A stretch of 64,000 nucleotides of DNA from Trypanosoma brucei (GCA_000002445.1 AE017150.2:448001-512000); one strand, 5' to 3'; positions 23,226-34,752 are shown, counted from the stretch's first letter. Translations and numbers: made by a program. The notes: generated from the sequence alone by a model not told the origin.

Positions 23226-25475
23226 TTAAATCTTACCTTTGCCACACCATCGGCCATCGAATGTGTAGCGCACAGGATCCAATCCAGCGAATCGGTACCA
23301 GTTCTCCACCGTTCGCACTCGTCCCATACCGTAGCGATCCACGTCGATTGTCACCGCCGGATCTGTCGTATTTACCGGGACTTTTGGTACCGTCTGCCCC
23401 TTTTCTCGTGTCTGTAGCAGACACTGGATGCGCTCCCTCGATCGCAAACGCAAACTGGACCAAAGAGGGTTGTTATTCCACACCTTCGGCTGATCATTAC
23501 GGGTGTACACATGATAACAGATAGTACGGTTGGGGGAGTGGATATCATAGCCATGAGTCCACAGCCGCACGGAATACAACACTTCTTCACCATCGAAGGT
23601 ATTGGGGAGATGAGGATCGAGGGGAACCTCACGCATAATAGAACCTCTAGCGAAGAGAAACCCACCCGCTGCCCATGGCTGTGGCAGCGGTCGACTGACA
23701 TCCGCGTCTGGTTTGCGACCGAAACCCTTAGCGGCATAGCGCAAAACCCGCCCTTGGTGGGAGAATTTGTTAACATTTTCTTCATTAACAAGAATGCCTC
23801 CTAGCCGAACATATCCATCTGATTCAATAAATGAAGCACGACAAAGGTAAACAGTGGTGGTCCGTTCATATGTGAAATTTGAGAGCTCCTTTTCAAATCC
23901 CTCAGGGTAGTGGGAAAGAACAATCCGTGGGTGGCGTAAGTACATATGCATAGCAACTACACGTGAGTCCCAGCCATAAACGAAACGTGTGTGCGAATCC
24001 AGTATAAGAACATAGTCCTCTCCACGGTACAGCAGCATCGTCATGTAACGACCATACGTTGGCCCTCGGGCTGCATCAGGTGCAATGTGCCTTAACCTAA
24101 TGTTGTCCATTGGGAAACACAACACATCACTGAAGGCAGCCCTTGCACTTGCCGTGTCGGATGCAATAGCGGCAGAAGGACAAAGTGTGGGCTGAAACAA
24201 ATCATATGACAGACACGGCGGGTCTGACTTGTTGTGTTGCTCTGCTATACCAACGTACGTACGAAACATGTTTGTCGCGCGGTGCACCACCTGCTGCAAC
24301 GTCGAGTGGCACTCCACGTCTCGAAAACTCGCTACACTCACAAATATGGAGGCTGTATGAGAAGGCGAGAAGGATACGGCGTGCTCTTTAATTTCAGGAT
24401 TCTCAGGACTGCTCCCGCTATGGTTAGACACTTGCGCACCTTCGTATGATTGCTGCAATGACGACTCGAATGGTTCCATCTCTTCTCCATAGTAATCAAG
24501 TGCCATGGTATCGAACCATGCAGCGACCGTGCTAATAGTATCAGGAGAAAAGGATTGCATCCGGTGAAAACGCCGTAGTGGGTAATAAAACCGGCCCTCC
24601 ATTACTGAGGGAGCTGAAATTCTCTTCCGCCTCCACCACAGACGATCAGCAGACGATATGGAACGCGTGGGTTCCTCCTTAGCGAAGAAGGAGAGAAGTT
24701 GCAGGTAGAGAATATCATCAAATGGCTCAAAGGCCTCTACTTCCCCCCTTTCGATATCGTGGCTCCCCGTACTGTCAATGCGCTGTGAGCGATCGTCGTT
24801 ACTTGCACCAAACTTTTCCTTAACAAAAAATGCAGCACGATCTAATCCAACGTCTGGGTCCAGCGTCATGATGTCTTGTATTGTCTCCCGTAAGTCGGCC
24901 AGCACCTCCGCGAAACTACGTTGAGACAGCGAGGTACCGTTGGAGACCCGCGGTTTCTCACTTGCATATTTGGACTTTCCCTGTGGTACCCCGGAGTCAC
25001 CAACATTACCGTTATCACCGGCATTCTCATCATCGCCATGGGTGCTCTTCGAGACGCGTGCTTCCATTGACCGTTGATACGTCGATAAAAATTCCAGTAA
25101 CGCCGTCGCTTCACGATCGGAACCAGTTCGCATTATTGTGTCGTACAACCTGCGTATCTCGAGAAGGGCAGATTTGTCAGGGTCCTCCACAATGTGCGTT
25201 TTTGAAGAGAATGCATCAATTGTTGACCACCCGTCACTTCTTAAGAGGATACACAAAAGCACCACGAACAATACTATGAACAGCAGTATGAGCAGAGCGA
25301 CAACAAAAAGTAAAGCATAAAGCAATGGACTCTCATTGTTGCGTTTCGTGAAGTCCCCAACGGCATCATTGACACCCCTGAAGCTCCGGGCTAAGACACG
25401 GAGGCGACCAGGTTTTTGGGCCGGTGGCAGACGCAACTGATTTTGCCGCCTTGCACCACGCGAGGCATAATGCAT
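23226..25475 (-). CDS. Type II membrane GT-A-like glycosyltransferase family protein, paralog B, retaining the D-S-H motif; I recall this family as GT60-like, from memory only
   Basis: 749-aa ORF with ATG confirmed at 25473-25475. The N-terminus has a hydrophobic TM segment ('LLYALLFVVALLILLFIVLFVVLLCILL'). It carries 'YVLILDSHTRFVYGWD', which I recall as the non-canonical DxH metal-binding motif of GT60-type GlcNAc-transferases (memory only). It also has 'GGFLFARGS...FDGEE...LWTHGYDIHSPN'. Confidence 0.6.
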   Translation of the reverse strand: MHYASRGARRQNQLRLPPAQKPGRLRVLARSFRGVNDAVGDFTKRNNESPLLYALLFVVALLILLFIVLFVVLLCILLRSDGWSTIDAFSSKTHIVEDPDKSALLEIRRLYDTIMRTGSDREATALLEFLSTYQRSMEARVSKSTHGDDENAGDNGNVGDSGVPQGKSKYASEKPRVSNGTSLSQRSFAEVLADLRETIQDIMTLDPDVGLDRAAFFVKEKFGASNDDRSQRIDSTGSHDIERGEVEAFEPFDDILYLQLLSFFAKEEPTRSISSADRLWWRRKRISAPSVMEGRFYYPLRRFHRMQSFSPDTISTVAAWFDTMALDYYGEEMEPFESSLQQSYEGAQVSNHSGSSPENPEIKEHAVSFSPSHTASIFVSVASFRDVECHSTLQQVVHRATNMFRTYVGIAEQHNKSDPPCLSYDLFQPTLCPSAAIASDTASARAAFSDVLCFPMDNIRLRHIAPDAARGPTYGRYMTMLLYRGEDYVLILDSHTRFVYGWDSRVVAMHMYLRHPRIVLSHYPEGFEKELSNFTYERTTTVYLCRASFIESDGYVRLGGILVNEENVNKFSHQGRVLRYAAKGFGRKPDADVSRPLPQPWAAGGFLFARGSIMREVPLDPHLPNTFDGEEVLYSVRLWTHGYDIHSPNRTICYHVYTRNDQPKVWNNNPLWSSLRLRSRERIQCLLQTREKGQTVPKVPVNTTDPAVTIDVDRYGMGRVRTVENWYRFAGLDPVRYTFDGRWCGKGKI

Positions 25476-25950
25476 ATCTTCAAAAGTAATGGGTTATTTT
25501 TTCCCCTTAATTCTCTTTTGCCTTCCTCCTTTTTCACGCGCTTGTTTGTCAGTATAGCCCGTAGAGAAGTGTTGATTTGTTCTTTTTGACGCCGCTGGAG
25601 GGACAACTGCGCTTCGCAGCTTCCACGGGTCGGGGTGATAAAAATAAAAATGTTTTTTTTTTGGACGCTTCACGCAAAGGAGTGATCAAAAAAAAAGTAT
25701 GGGATAAAAAAGTTACGGAGTGAAGAGCTGTATTGGTTTTAGGTGTCAAGTGGTCAGAAGAAAAAGTGCGTGCTGCTATGATGATTTAAAACCACTTAGA
25801 ACGCACCAAATGTACCCGAAGACATGTATCGCTGCAGCCGACTAGTGACCGACTATGTATAACTTTGTAGTGTTAAGCGGGGCGGAGAGTACCCCCAACA
25901 AACCAAAAATTGTGAAAACAAAACGGCAGTTCCCTGGCAGTTCCGATGAT

Positions 25951-28086
25951 TCACCTTCCCGCGAGAAGTGCACGGCTGCGCAGCCGCTTCATGCGCATGC
26001 CTGACGTCAACGAGTTCCTCAGCATTTCGTGCTCAACACCTGACAACTCCAATGCCCGCAGAACTCGCGCTGCGTCATTTTCGTGCAACCCTTCACCCAA
26101 CTCACACGCCCGTTCACCCAGTAATAAGTAAAAGTTTGTTTGCCCTTCCTGTCCTACACTACAGATACGACTCGGTGGGAATTTTGCGCCAATCGATTCG
26201 ACATGCCGTGTTAAGTCGCCATGGTACTTAAGCGTGGCGTAAGCAAGCAACACGCAACTCAGTTGGTGGCCTGAGAGTTCGTCAGCACGCAAAGCGCACA
26301 CAGTGGCGGCGCTCACAAGTACAGTCAGTGCTTCCATGGTGGTAATTTTATAGTACACGATAGCGCTGCAAAGAACGGCAAGTTCTTTCACACTGAAAGG
26401 CAACCTTTCTGGTAGTTGCGTGCCATTGGCATATTCAGAATAAGTCTGTTCCCTCCTTGATGTGCTGTGGTTAGAGGAGCCCGTACTGCTGGAAGAGACG
26501 GGGTGGGCAAAACATGCGAGAAGTGTCTGCGTGTATCCCTTTCCCACACCAAAAGGAATACGCAGTTCAGAAACGGGTGGGAGTGATGACACCGAAGTGT
26601 ACGAGTGCCGTTGTGAGGGTGAAAGCACAGGGGTCGAACAGACAGAGTGCATACACCACGATACGACACGAACTGCCCGAACGGATCCCAGTTCGCGTAA
26701 CGACCCCAATTTCGACGAAATACCGCGTGCGGACGATGTAGCGCCGTTACCTTCGCCATACAACTGTCGAACGCAGAACTCCTCCACGGACATGGGGGTT
26801 CCCGCGCTATTACACAACTGCAGTGTGTCCTCGGATGGCAGCGAAAGCATGACGCGCAAAAGTTTGAAGTAGTGGACTGGGTGAAAAGTTCCCTGCCGTG
26901 GTTCTGAGGACGAGGAGTAATGCGCTTTTGCCTCCCCACAAGAGCGTCTCACAAATGCAGAACTTCCTTCACCCATGCTTTGTATAAACAATGCCCGGAC
27001 TGCCTGCCTTACGACATAACCATGTGCAGTCATGGGCGTGTTACCGACCACTGTCACGATCCGACTGACGAGGTCAAGGAACTCCAACACGCAACTCTTC
27101 GGGACTTGTAGAAAGTGCGACGTAGTCAGCCGGCACGTGGCATCGCGTAGTTGGTGTAACCTTTGAAATCGCACGGCCTCAGACAACATCATTCGTCCAC
27201 CATTATCGTGCCCCCCACGACTTGCTCCATCACCGTCTTGATTTGGGCCATCACAACCGTCCTGAGCAGTTGCATGCCGCACCGCAGAGGCCCGAAGGGC
27301 GGCGAACACGTCACGGAGAGTTGACAGGGCCTGCCTGTACTCTTCACCCAACTGATTTTCTTTTGTAACTCTTATGCGCCGCTTAGCGCGCAATTGAAGG
27401 GAATGAAGGTCACGCTTACCACGTAAGTGAGGGTCATCAGCGTTCCTTCGTCCGTGACACTGTTGGTTTTCCCTGGAATTCCCGGTTTGGGCTCGACCAA
27501 ACGAGTTGCTGGGTTGCATACCACGTGCTGAGCCGCTATTTGTTTTCATCCCTTCCCTTCCACTTTGCCCATTCGCATCAGAGTTGCCACTCCCTTCCAG
27601 TGCGCATGGGACCGGTCGTACCTCAATGAGGTCTAACACATGACGTTTCTGTGCCGCGTTCACTTCGTTTTCTTCCCCTTGGCATTGTTGTCGCTGCTTT
27701 TGTTTTGTACAATCATTTGGATCGCAACCTGTGAAAGGGGCACTCTCCCGACGGATGAACTCCTGGAACTCTAAACGGCGCTGTTGATCCGCTGCATGGT
27801 GGAGACGCTGTTGGCTAACACTAAACGGTGAGAAAAGCCCATTGGAGGAGCAGTAAAATCCTCGTCGAAGGATGCTGCGACGGTGCACTACCATGTGCCT
27901 TCTCTCTGTTTTTTCTTCTGCCTCCTTCGCTTTATGAGGGTCGCCGTACAAACGTATCCAAAATGTGTATATCCTTTTGAATATAAGTGAAAAACAGAAG
28001 GGACTGTGTAGATCATCAACCGTTTCTGAAGGTAGGTGCAGAACAGTCAAGCGTTGTGCACATCCGGTCTTCACACACATGCACAT
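25951..28086 (-). CDS. Hypothetical protein (helical, no recognisable domain)
   Basis: 711-aa ORF on the transcribed strand with ATG at 28084-28086. The N-terminal ~60 aa are translated through a CA/TG-rich low-complexity stretch, so the real start may be an internal Met, e.g. 'MVVHRRSILRRG'. Confidence 0.5.
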   Translation of the reverse strand: MCMCVKTGCAQRLTVLHLPSETVDDLHSPFCFSLIFKRIYTFWIRLYGDPHKAKEAEEKTERRHMVVHRRSILRRGFYCSSNGLFSPFSVSQQRLHHAADQQRRLEFQEFIRRESAPFTGCDPNDCTKQKQRQQCQGEENEVNAAQKRHVLDLIEVRPVPCALEGSGNSDANGQSGREGMKTNSGSARGMQPSNSFGRAQTGNSRENQQCHGRRNADDPHLRGKRDLHSLQLRAKRRIRVTKENQLGEEYRQALSTLRDVFAALRASAVRHATAQDGCDGPNQDGDGASRGGHDNGGRMMLSEAVRFQRLHQLRDATCRLTTSHFLQVPKSCVLEFLDLVSRIVTVVGNTPMTAHGYVVRQAVRALFIQSMGEGSSAFVRRSCGEAKAHYSSSSEPRQGTFHPVHYFKLLRVMLSLPSEDTLQLCNSAGTPMSVEEFCVRQLYGEGNGATSSARGISSKLGSLRELGSVRAVRVVSWCMHSVCSTPVLSPSQRHSYTSVSSLPPVSELRIPFGVGKGYTQTLLACFAHPVSSSSTGSSNHSTSRREQTYSEYANGTQLPERLPFSVKELAVLCSAIVYYKITTMEALTVLVSAATVCALRADELSGHQLSCVLLAYATLKYHGDLTRHVESIGAKFPPSRICSVGQEGQTNFYLLLGERACELGEGLHENDAARVLRALELSGVEHEMLRNSLTSGMRMKRLRSRALLAGR

Positions 28087-28782
28087 ACACGTGTGTTTAT
28101 TTATTTATTTTTACATGAAAATGTATTCGTATGTACACCAACACGGCTAAAAGTAAGCGTGTCCGTGCGTGCGCGAAGCGGGACAGTATTCGGAATTACT
28201 AGCATAAAATATGCCTGTAGCACGCACCCGTACACGTACAGAAGCTATAGAGCACCACTCTGAGGTAATTGCAAAAAAAAAATTCCTTTACCCCAAGCCA
28301 TCTGTTGTGTGAGGGCAGTGGCCAATTGTTTGAGAGAGCCATTTATTTCCGTTTCCATCAATCCAGTCGCCGTTAACGCAGTCCACCCCATTTTGAATCA
28401 ACCTTCCCTTTTTCTTTCTTTCATCCATCCGACCTCCACCTTCCTTTTTTTTCTCCGGTCATTCCCCTTCCCATTTCATCCTTTCCTCATTTTGTTCACC
28501 TTCACCTTCCACTTGCACTTAACCCCTTTCCACCCAACAGGGCATTTTGTGCTCACCGTACCTAAATGTGGGGAAATTATATATTCGAACGAAAGGAGAA
28601 AAACAACATGGCCTTCGCTCCCGAAACAAACACATTTGTGAGTGCACACAAACACACATGGTATGTATGTATGTATGTATACGTGTTCGTGTTTATATTA
28701 TTCTTCCTTTGTTTTGAGGCATGAAATTGCCCTAGGGAAGTGAACTGAACTCATTATTTCCCCCCTTCCTTCCCCTTTCATC

Positions 28783-28783
<1 letters not shown>

Positions 28784-28818
<35 letters not shown>
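28784..28818. repeat. (TA)n microsatellite, about 17 units
   Basis: An 'atatatat...' run is directly visible. Confidence 0.9.
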
Positions 28819-28821
<3 letters not shown>

Positions 28822-30292
28822 CACACGCGAACACGCCCTCATCTCCTTTTCCTCCTCCTCCTTCTCTCTTTTTTTTTCTTCTGCGGTTTCAGTTCATTTT
28901 CCTTCTGAACGTAAATTTACGACCATCCTTTTATTTTTTCTTTTCAGGTGCGGTCGCAAGCGATAACTACTGCGCTCACAGGCAAGTACACTCAACTACA
29001 TGATAATGATGATAGACGTGACTGGTTATTGGCAAGACCGTATATTTAGGTTGGCGGAATATCATTGGATGGTGAAAAGGAAAAAAAAAGGGTGCGTTTA
29101 GGGGGAAAAACAAAAAACGTGCGCAGTATGCTAACAGATACAATTAAAAGAAATTTCAACAAACAAAAGGTACCTGAATGTGTAGGGCACCAGTCCGTCT
29201 GTGTGAGAAGAAATTAACTGTTCATACTCCATTCTTTTCTTTTTTTCTTTGCCTCTTTTTCTTCTTTTCTCATCACTCCTTAACTTCAATTGCACAACTT
29301 TCATCACCGCTGCATCTCCTCCACATATTGAGCTTTTGGCACAAGTTCCTGTTCTTATTTCTAAATCCATTTCACGCAATACAACAATGAGACGTGCCAT
29401 GGCAAAGTAATAAAAGAAATGATCACACATTTGAATAACGGCGGAAAGCGCATGAGACAAAAGAGGTAATCAACAAAACAAAACTGACACAAGCGTGCCA
29501 GTCACCAAAAAAGAACAACGACAACAACAACAACAACAAGAAAATCAAGGTAAGAATGGTGCAGCAATGAGGGCAAAAGAAAAAAAAAAAGAGACAAAAA
29601 ATATGATTGTTGCCGTTTCTCCTCTTTCCCTTCTTCTGTTTGCTGCGGTTCCGCCTCCTTCCTTTTTGCTTTTACTTGCATTTGACACCCTCAGTGGAAG
29701 GCATGAGGGGTAAAAAGGAATTGCTTATACATATTAGACATGTTAACATGTGGACAAACACTGAAAGAAAAAAAAAAAAGAACAGGGCTCGGAAAATAAC
29801 GAAAAACACACACCAGTCGAAGAAGATGATAGCGGCATATATATATATGTATATAAATAAATATTTATTTACATTTATTTATATATGTGTGTATTTCCTG
29901 ACCCCCTTGGAAAAGAAAGAAATCTGCCAGGTTCGGCTACAGAAGAACTACCGTGACGTTCCGGAACGTTACGGGGAACAGAGGGATAATAATAATGATA
30001 ATGATCATAAAAGATTGTGTGGGTGAATACGCCTGTGCGTAGAGAAGGTCACACGCACGAATAAAAAAAAAAAATGGAGGAAACAAAATGTTGCGGAAGA
30101 GAACTGGACTGCCGCCTCTCACTAGTGCGCGCAGCCCTTTCCTCCATTATTCGATCAAACAACAAGATAAGGGTATATAATTTAAACACTAAAACAAAGG
30201 ACGAAGAAAAAAAAAACAAGAACGCTAGCAGCCGAGGGAAAACAACCAAACAGCCAAACAAGCAGGGACATGGACGATCAAAGGCACTGCCA

Positions 30293-31411
30293 CTAACCTC
30301 TGCGCCTCGGGTACTGTTCCTGTGGGTCTCCCTGCAACACCTTGCGTACTGGATCAAAAAACGGGTGCTGCATTGCATCGTAGGCAAGAATTCGTTCCTG
30401 ATGATCGACCTGCAGCATTTTGTCAAGCAGGTCCAACCCATTTGCATCGCACCAATCTATGTTTCGGGTGGTGACGAATGATTTCCACGGCCTCTTTGGA
30501 TATTTTGTGGAAAGGGCCCTGTCAACCAGGTGTCGAGGGAGTGAAACATCATATTTTTGAACGTAGCGCATTATATCTTCTGTGCCGACTACGCTTGCTA
30601 TCTGATGCAGTTGGTCCTCATTATCTTCTCCACGGAAAAGAGGAAACACCCGGAAGAGTAACTCGGCAAGGACACAACCAACACTCCACATGTCCAAAGA
30701 GTAATCATAAAGCCGTATTCCCACAAGAAGCTCAGGACCTTTAAAATGTCGAGTCCCTACACCTAAGTTATACGCTTGGCCATGAATGTAATACTCTGCA
30801 AGGCCCCAGTCTACGATACGAAGCTTGCGGCGGCGGTGGTCAATGATGATGTTCTGCGGTTTGATGTCGCGATGAAATATTCCTCGACTGTGAGCGAAAT
30901 GCAGACAGCGCAGTATTTCATACATGTAATAGCGCATGTCAAAAGATGTGAGACTACCGCTGTTCATGAGAGTACGGAAGTTATCAGCTGGTTCTATGTT
31001 CTCTGTGACAAGCACAGGCGTATTCTCCTGTTCAACCATGACAACGTCAAGCAGCCTCACGACGTTTGGTCCCCCGCAGAGGTTTTGCAGGATAGTGATT
31101 TCCCTTCTTATTTTCTTTACCCTCACTGGTTTAAGGATCTTCAGCACACAAAGTTCCCCGTTGTGCCGGCTGCGCGCCCGAAACACCTCCGAGTATTTTC
31201 CACGACCAATTTTCTGCAGAAGCTCGTACGGCTCATCACTGTTGAACTCAAGTGTGGCATTCTCGTAGTCCCAATACTCCGGTGGCATCTGCGTATTAAC
31301 GTACCAAAAGGGATGGGCGTATCCGCTTTGGCCACTTGTCTCGGCCAGTTGACTGCTATTAGCATTCCCTAAACCCTTTTCAGTCGCCGCGCGACCACCG
31401 CTGCGGGACAT
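30293..31411 (-). CDS. CK2A2: Casein kinase II catalytic subunit alpha
   Basis: The ORF-track start is TTG. The first ATG is at 31409-31411. There is strong CK2-alpha identity throughout: 'IGRGKYSEVFRA', 'LKILKPVRVKKIRREITILQNLCGGPNVVRL', 'HSRGIFHRDIKPQNIIIDHRRRKLRIVDWGLAEYY', 'RHFKGPELLV...YDYSLDMWSVGCVLA'. The symbol CK2A2 rests on my recollection of the T. brucei chromosome-2 copy and is unverified. Confidence 0.85.
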   Translation of the reverse strand: MSRSGGRAATEKGLGNANSSQLAETSGQSGYAHPFWYVNTQMPPEYWDYENATLEFNSDEPYELLQKIGRGKYSEVFRARSRHNGELCVLKILKPVRVKKIRREITILQNLCGGPNVVRLLDVVMVEQENTPVLVTENIEPADNFRTLMNSGSLTSFDMRYYMYEILRCLHFAHSRGIFHRDIKPQNIIIDHRRRKLRIVDWGLAEYYIHGQAYNLGVGTRHFKGPELLVGIRLYDYSLDMWSVGCVLAELLFRVFPLFRGEDNEDQLHQIASVVGTEDIMRYVQKYDVSLPRHLVDRALSTKYPKRPWKSFVTTRNIDWCDANGLDLLDKMLQVDHQERILAYDAMQHPFFDPVRKVLQGDPQEQYPRRRG

Positions 31412-32608
31412 GACGGCGCACAACTTCGAACAAATACACGTATATATGTGTTTGTATTAATATACCCCAGAAAGTTATGCCAGTGTGGTATGCTTTCTTG
31501 CAGTTTCCCCCCGTTCCTTAACTTTTTGGTACTTTGGTTTGTTGAGCGGCTCTTGTTCGTTATAATTCCTTTCACCTGCCCTAATCTCTTCTGCCCTTCC
31601 CCTTTCTGTTGCTGCTACGTACTTCACCCTTTGTACAGAAGAGTATGTTTATATATACGTGTATGCACGGGTGCTGACAGAATACTAAACGTTAATTACC
31701 TTCCCTCCGAATGATGCCAAAAAATAACACGAACAAACAGGACGCAGCTGCGGTAAGCAAAAGGCAAATAGAATTTAGGTACTAAACGCCACACACAGCA
31801 AAACAAACGTAGTTCAAAGTGCATTTGTGTGCTGAGAAGCTCGCACAAATGTTTTCAAAGGGTATTGTTTAGGGACAATGTTTCCCCGCCATTTCATCTG
31901 ATTATTACTGTTATGGTTGCCGAAATCCTCCTGCATCCGCAAGTGAGCCCGACAATTCACAGAAACTAAACCCACTAGGCTCAAAACCGAAAGCACGCTG
32001 CGGTGAACTGCAGAGGGGCAACACCACATTCACATGTACGCACAAATATACAAAAAAATATATGTTTATTTATTCAAACATCCACCCACAACGCATCTAC
32101 AGGTAAGGGGGAGGAAATGTGACGGATAAGCGCTTTCAGTTAAATACAATTCCACTCCTATCCGCATTCATTCGGTGCTTGTCGCTGATGGTTACTGCGT
32201 TTCTACTGCGCGGCTCCGTCGCGTCCTCCCTCTTCCACTCCTCACGAAAGTATTCCGTGCATCCCGTGAGGTGTGTGTGTGTTTTAGTATGAAAAGCTGT
32301 AGGTAACTAATGCACTACAAACCTTAAAAAAACGACAACAACAAAAAAAAAGTCAAACGCTATGAAAGAAAGTTTCTCCTAGAAAAGTAAAAAAAACGTG
32401 GGAGAGAGCAGGTGGGGGATGACTTTGGCACAAAAGCCAAGATGCACCCGCAATTACACTCGCATTCGGGGGCAGTTTTTATATTAGTTCACGTCTTTCG
32501 ACACCAACTTCACCTAATCAGTAAATTGCAGCCTGATCCTGCGTTTCCTACACTCTCGTTCCTCCTCTGGACCATTTTGTGTGTTGTTTTGTTGGGTCGA
32601 GCCCTCCT

Positions 32609-34150
32609 TTATTCCTTCTTCGGCTCACTTTTCGGTTTTTTCCCGTCACCCTTCTCCGCTCCGCTCCCTGCCTCATCTTTCGCTTTCTTACCCTTCGCAT
32701 CCACCTGTTTGGCAGCAGTGCGCTTTGCCAAGTTCTCTTCCACAAGCGCGTCGAACTTACCATTTGCCTTGTCGAACAACGCCGTTACCAACTTATCGTA
32801 CTTTTCCAGTGCATCCAGCGCATCCTGATAAAGAGTCGTGGCGGATGTGACATCTCCACTTCCGCTGGTTCCGGTGCCACCACTATGGTATGCGCTGCTG
32901 TGGGAAACACCGTGAGACCCATCAGAAGTGCCATCTCCCTTCTGCTTGGCTTTTTCTCGCTTCGCGTCTTGTTCATCGAAAACTACCACGCACTGATGCT
33001 GCTGGTCCACGATCCCTGCCAGCTTCTTGTCAAGGATGAGCTGGGACACCTGTGACTCCACGGTTTCCACATCAAGCTTCAGAAGCTCCGCAAGATATGA
33101 TATCTGCACTCGGCTGTACGGCTCCAACAGCTTCAGCAGGTGTCCCTCAAGCAGACTCTTATACATCTCAGAGAGCTGACGCTGAAGCACTTCGTCCTCA
33201 AGAAATGGCGCGTTCTTATTTTCTTGCATGATGCGATTGAATAGGTGTGTGTCCTGGCTGTTGTATGCATCCGCGACGCCATGGAGAGCGACCATATCAG
33301 CTCCTTTGTATTCCAGCACATTCTTTGAGCTCAGCAGCGCAGAAAGCTCATCCGGGCTATTAGTGGCAATCTTAGCGAGAATCATATAATGTAGTGCTTT
33401 ACGTGCTTGCCGCGCTTGGTCACCTAACTGGTGGAAGCCCTCGAAAGCCTCATACAAGTAAGAAAAAGCCGTCTTCGCGTCATGCTCTTCGGCATGCAGG
33501 ACGCCACTTTGCAGGTCAATTTCCGCTTGAGCCAGCGGCGGGCAATATATGCTGTTCGCATTAGTTCGTGCCGCCACAAGGGCTGCACGAGCACGTGAAA
33601 TATTGCGAATGGAATAGTAGATGTGACTCTCTAGTAGGTGAATATCAAGCAGAAGAGCTCTGTCATCAAGACGACGGACCTCTCGCAGCAGCGCCTGAAG
33701 CGTCGTGAGAGCCTCCTGCCGTTCATTGCGCGCAAATTGCACTTCTGCAAGGCGGTGCTGGAGCCGCTGCCGGAGAAAAGTACGTTTCTCCTGACGGGCC
33801 CACGCGATCATGTCGCGGCACACTTCCATCTGCCGGTCAAGTGACGCTCCACTGTTGAGAATTAGATCGAACATCTTGCGCACCATGCGAGTTGCCTTCG
33901 CCTTGGGAAGCAGAGCAAAGAAAGACCGAATGGCAGACAAGAGTTGCACAAGCATGTCAGTTTGCTTCTCCACGCTAAGAATCTCCGCCAGGCGATAAAT
34001 CGCGCGCTCCTTTGCTCGGAGACCAATTGCGTCATCCGCCGTGACATCCGTCGAGACAATGTCTTCAAGCACTCCCCGTGCTTCCGTCCGCCGCCCGTCC
34101 GCAATAAAGTCCTCTGCTGTGTCCCAAAGTGAGTCCAAATCCTTTTCCAT
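32609..34150 (-). CDS. RPN6: 26S proteasome regulatory (lid) subunit RPN6/PSMD11, PCI domain, with an extended Lys/Glu-rich C-terminal tail
   Basis: ATG confirmed at 34148-34150. 'AFEGFHQLGDQARQARKALHYMILAKIATNSPDELSALLSSKNVLEYKGADMVALHGVADAYNSQDTHLFNRIM' matches the PSMD11 pattern (AFEGY...KYMLLCKIML.TPEDV.AL.SGK.AL.Y.G...AL..VA.A...R.L.DFE.AL). The PCI region is 'ISYLAELLKLDVETVESQVSQLILDKKLAGIVDQ'. Confidence 0.8.
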   Translation of the reverse strand: MEKDLDSLWDTAEDFIADGRRTEARGVLEDIVSTDVTADDAIGLRAKERAIYRLAEILSVEKQTDMLVQLLSAIRSFFALLPKAKATRMVRKMFDLILNSGASLDRQMEVCRDMIAWARQEKRTFLRQRLQHRLAEVQFARNERQEALTTLQALLREVRRLDDRALLLDIHLLESHIYYSIRNISRARAALVAARTNANSIYCPPLAQAEIDLQSGVLHAEEHDAKTAFSYLYEAFEGFHQLGDQARQARKALHYMILAKIATNSPDELSALLSSKNVLEYKGADMVALHGVADAYNSQDTHLFNRIMQENKNAPFLEDEVLQRQLSEMYKSLLEGHLLKLLEPYSRVQISYLAELLKLDVETVESQVSQLILDKKLAGIVDQQHQCVVVFDEQDAKREKAKQKGDGTSDGSHGVSHSSAYHSGGTGTSGSGDVTSATTLYQDALDALEKYDKLVTALFDKANGKFDALVEENLAKRTAAKQVDAKGKKAKDEAGSGAEKGDGKKPKSEPKKE

Positions 34151-34752
34151 CGTGACGCCGGTGATAACCCCCTAGTGGCTTTTCACTATGCGCGTTTTGA
34201 TCGCTTTATTGATCCTTTGAAAATTTCAGACTTTCTGTTCCTTTGTTTGCTGTTGTGCGCCTATCGCCGCGCAGGTTTGTTCTCCGTCCGTCGCGGTAGC
34301 AAGCTCTTACCTTTATCTACCGTTTCCACGCTTTCAGTTTCTTTACCTAATTCCAGTACTTCTTCACTTTGCTGTTTTCTTTTTTTTTTTTTTCAAAGGA
34401 TGTCCGCCAAGGGATTAGGAACAGGTTATAAGGACAAAGGAATCGGGTGAAAAATTGTGTGGTGCAAAACGAGAGAAAAAAAAAGCGTTGAGAAAATGAC
34501 TGACAAACGGAGATAGGGCGGTGAACAGGCAGCAACTCCTGATAACGAAAAAGAATACAGTTGAGGGAAAATACGGTGGGACGCGCGTGGTACGTTTAAT
34601 CAAAAATTCCACCGACACGAATGGAAGAGAATCAGTGGAGTAAACTTCGCAAGATATTCTTCCCCGCCCGGCCATTGCGATATGCCACCTACCAGTGTCG
34701 ACCACGACATGAGCCGCAATAAAAAAGTTGACAGCCCATTGCCATCCGTTTA

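Noticed and set aside
28900-29040. Non-repetitive segment with C-box-like (AUGAUGA / UGAUAU) and CUGA elements, considered as a possible C/D snoRNA on the transcribed strand.
   Set aside because: The boxes are imperfect, the spacing (~125 nt) is atypical and no guide complementarity could be evaluated. The pattern is likely chance.
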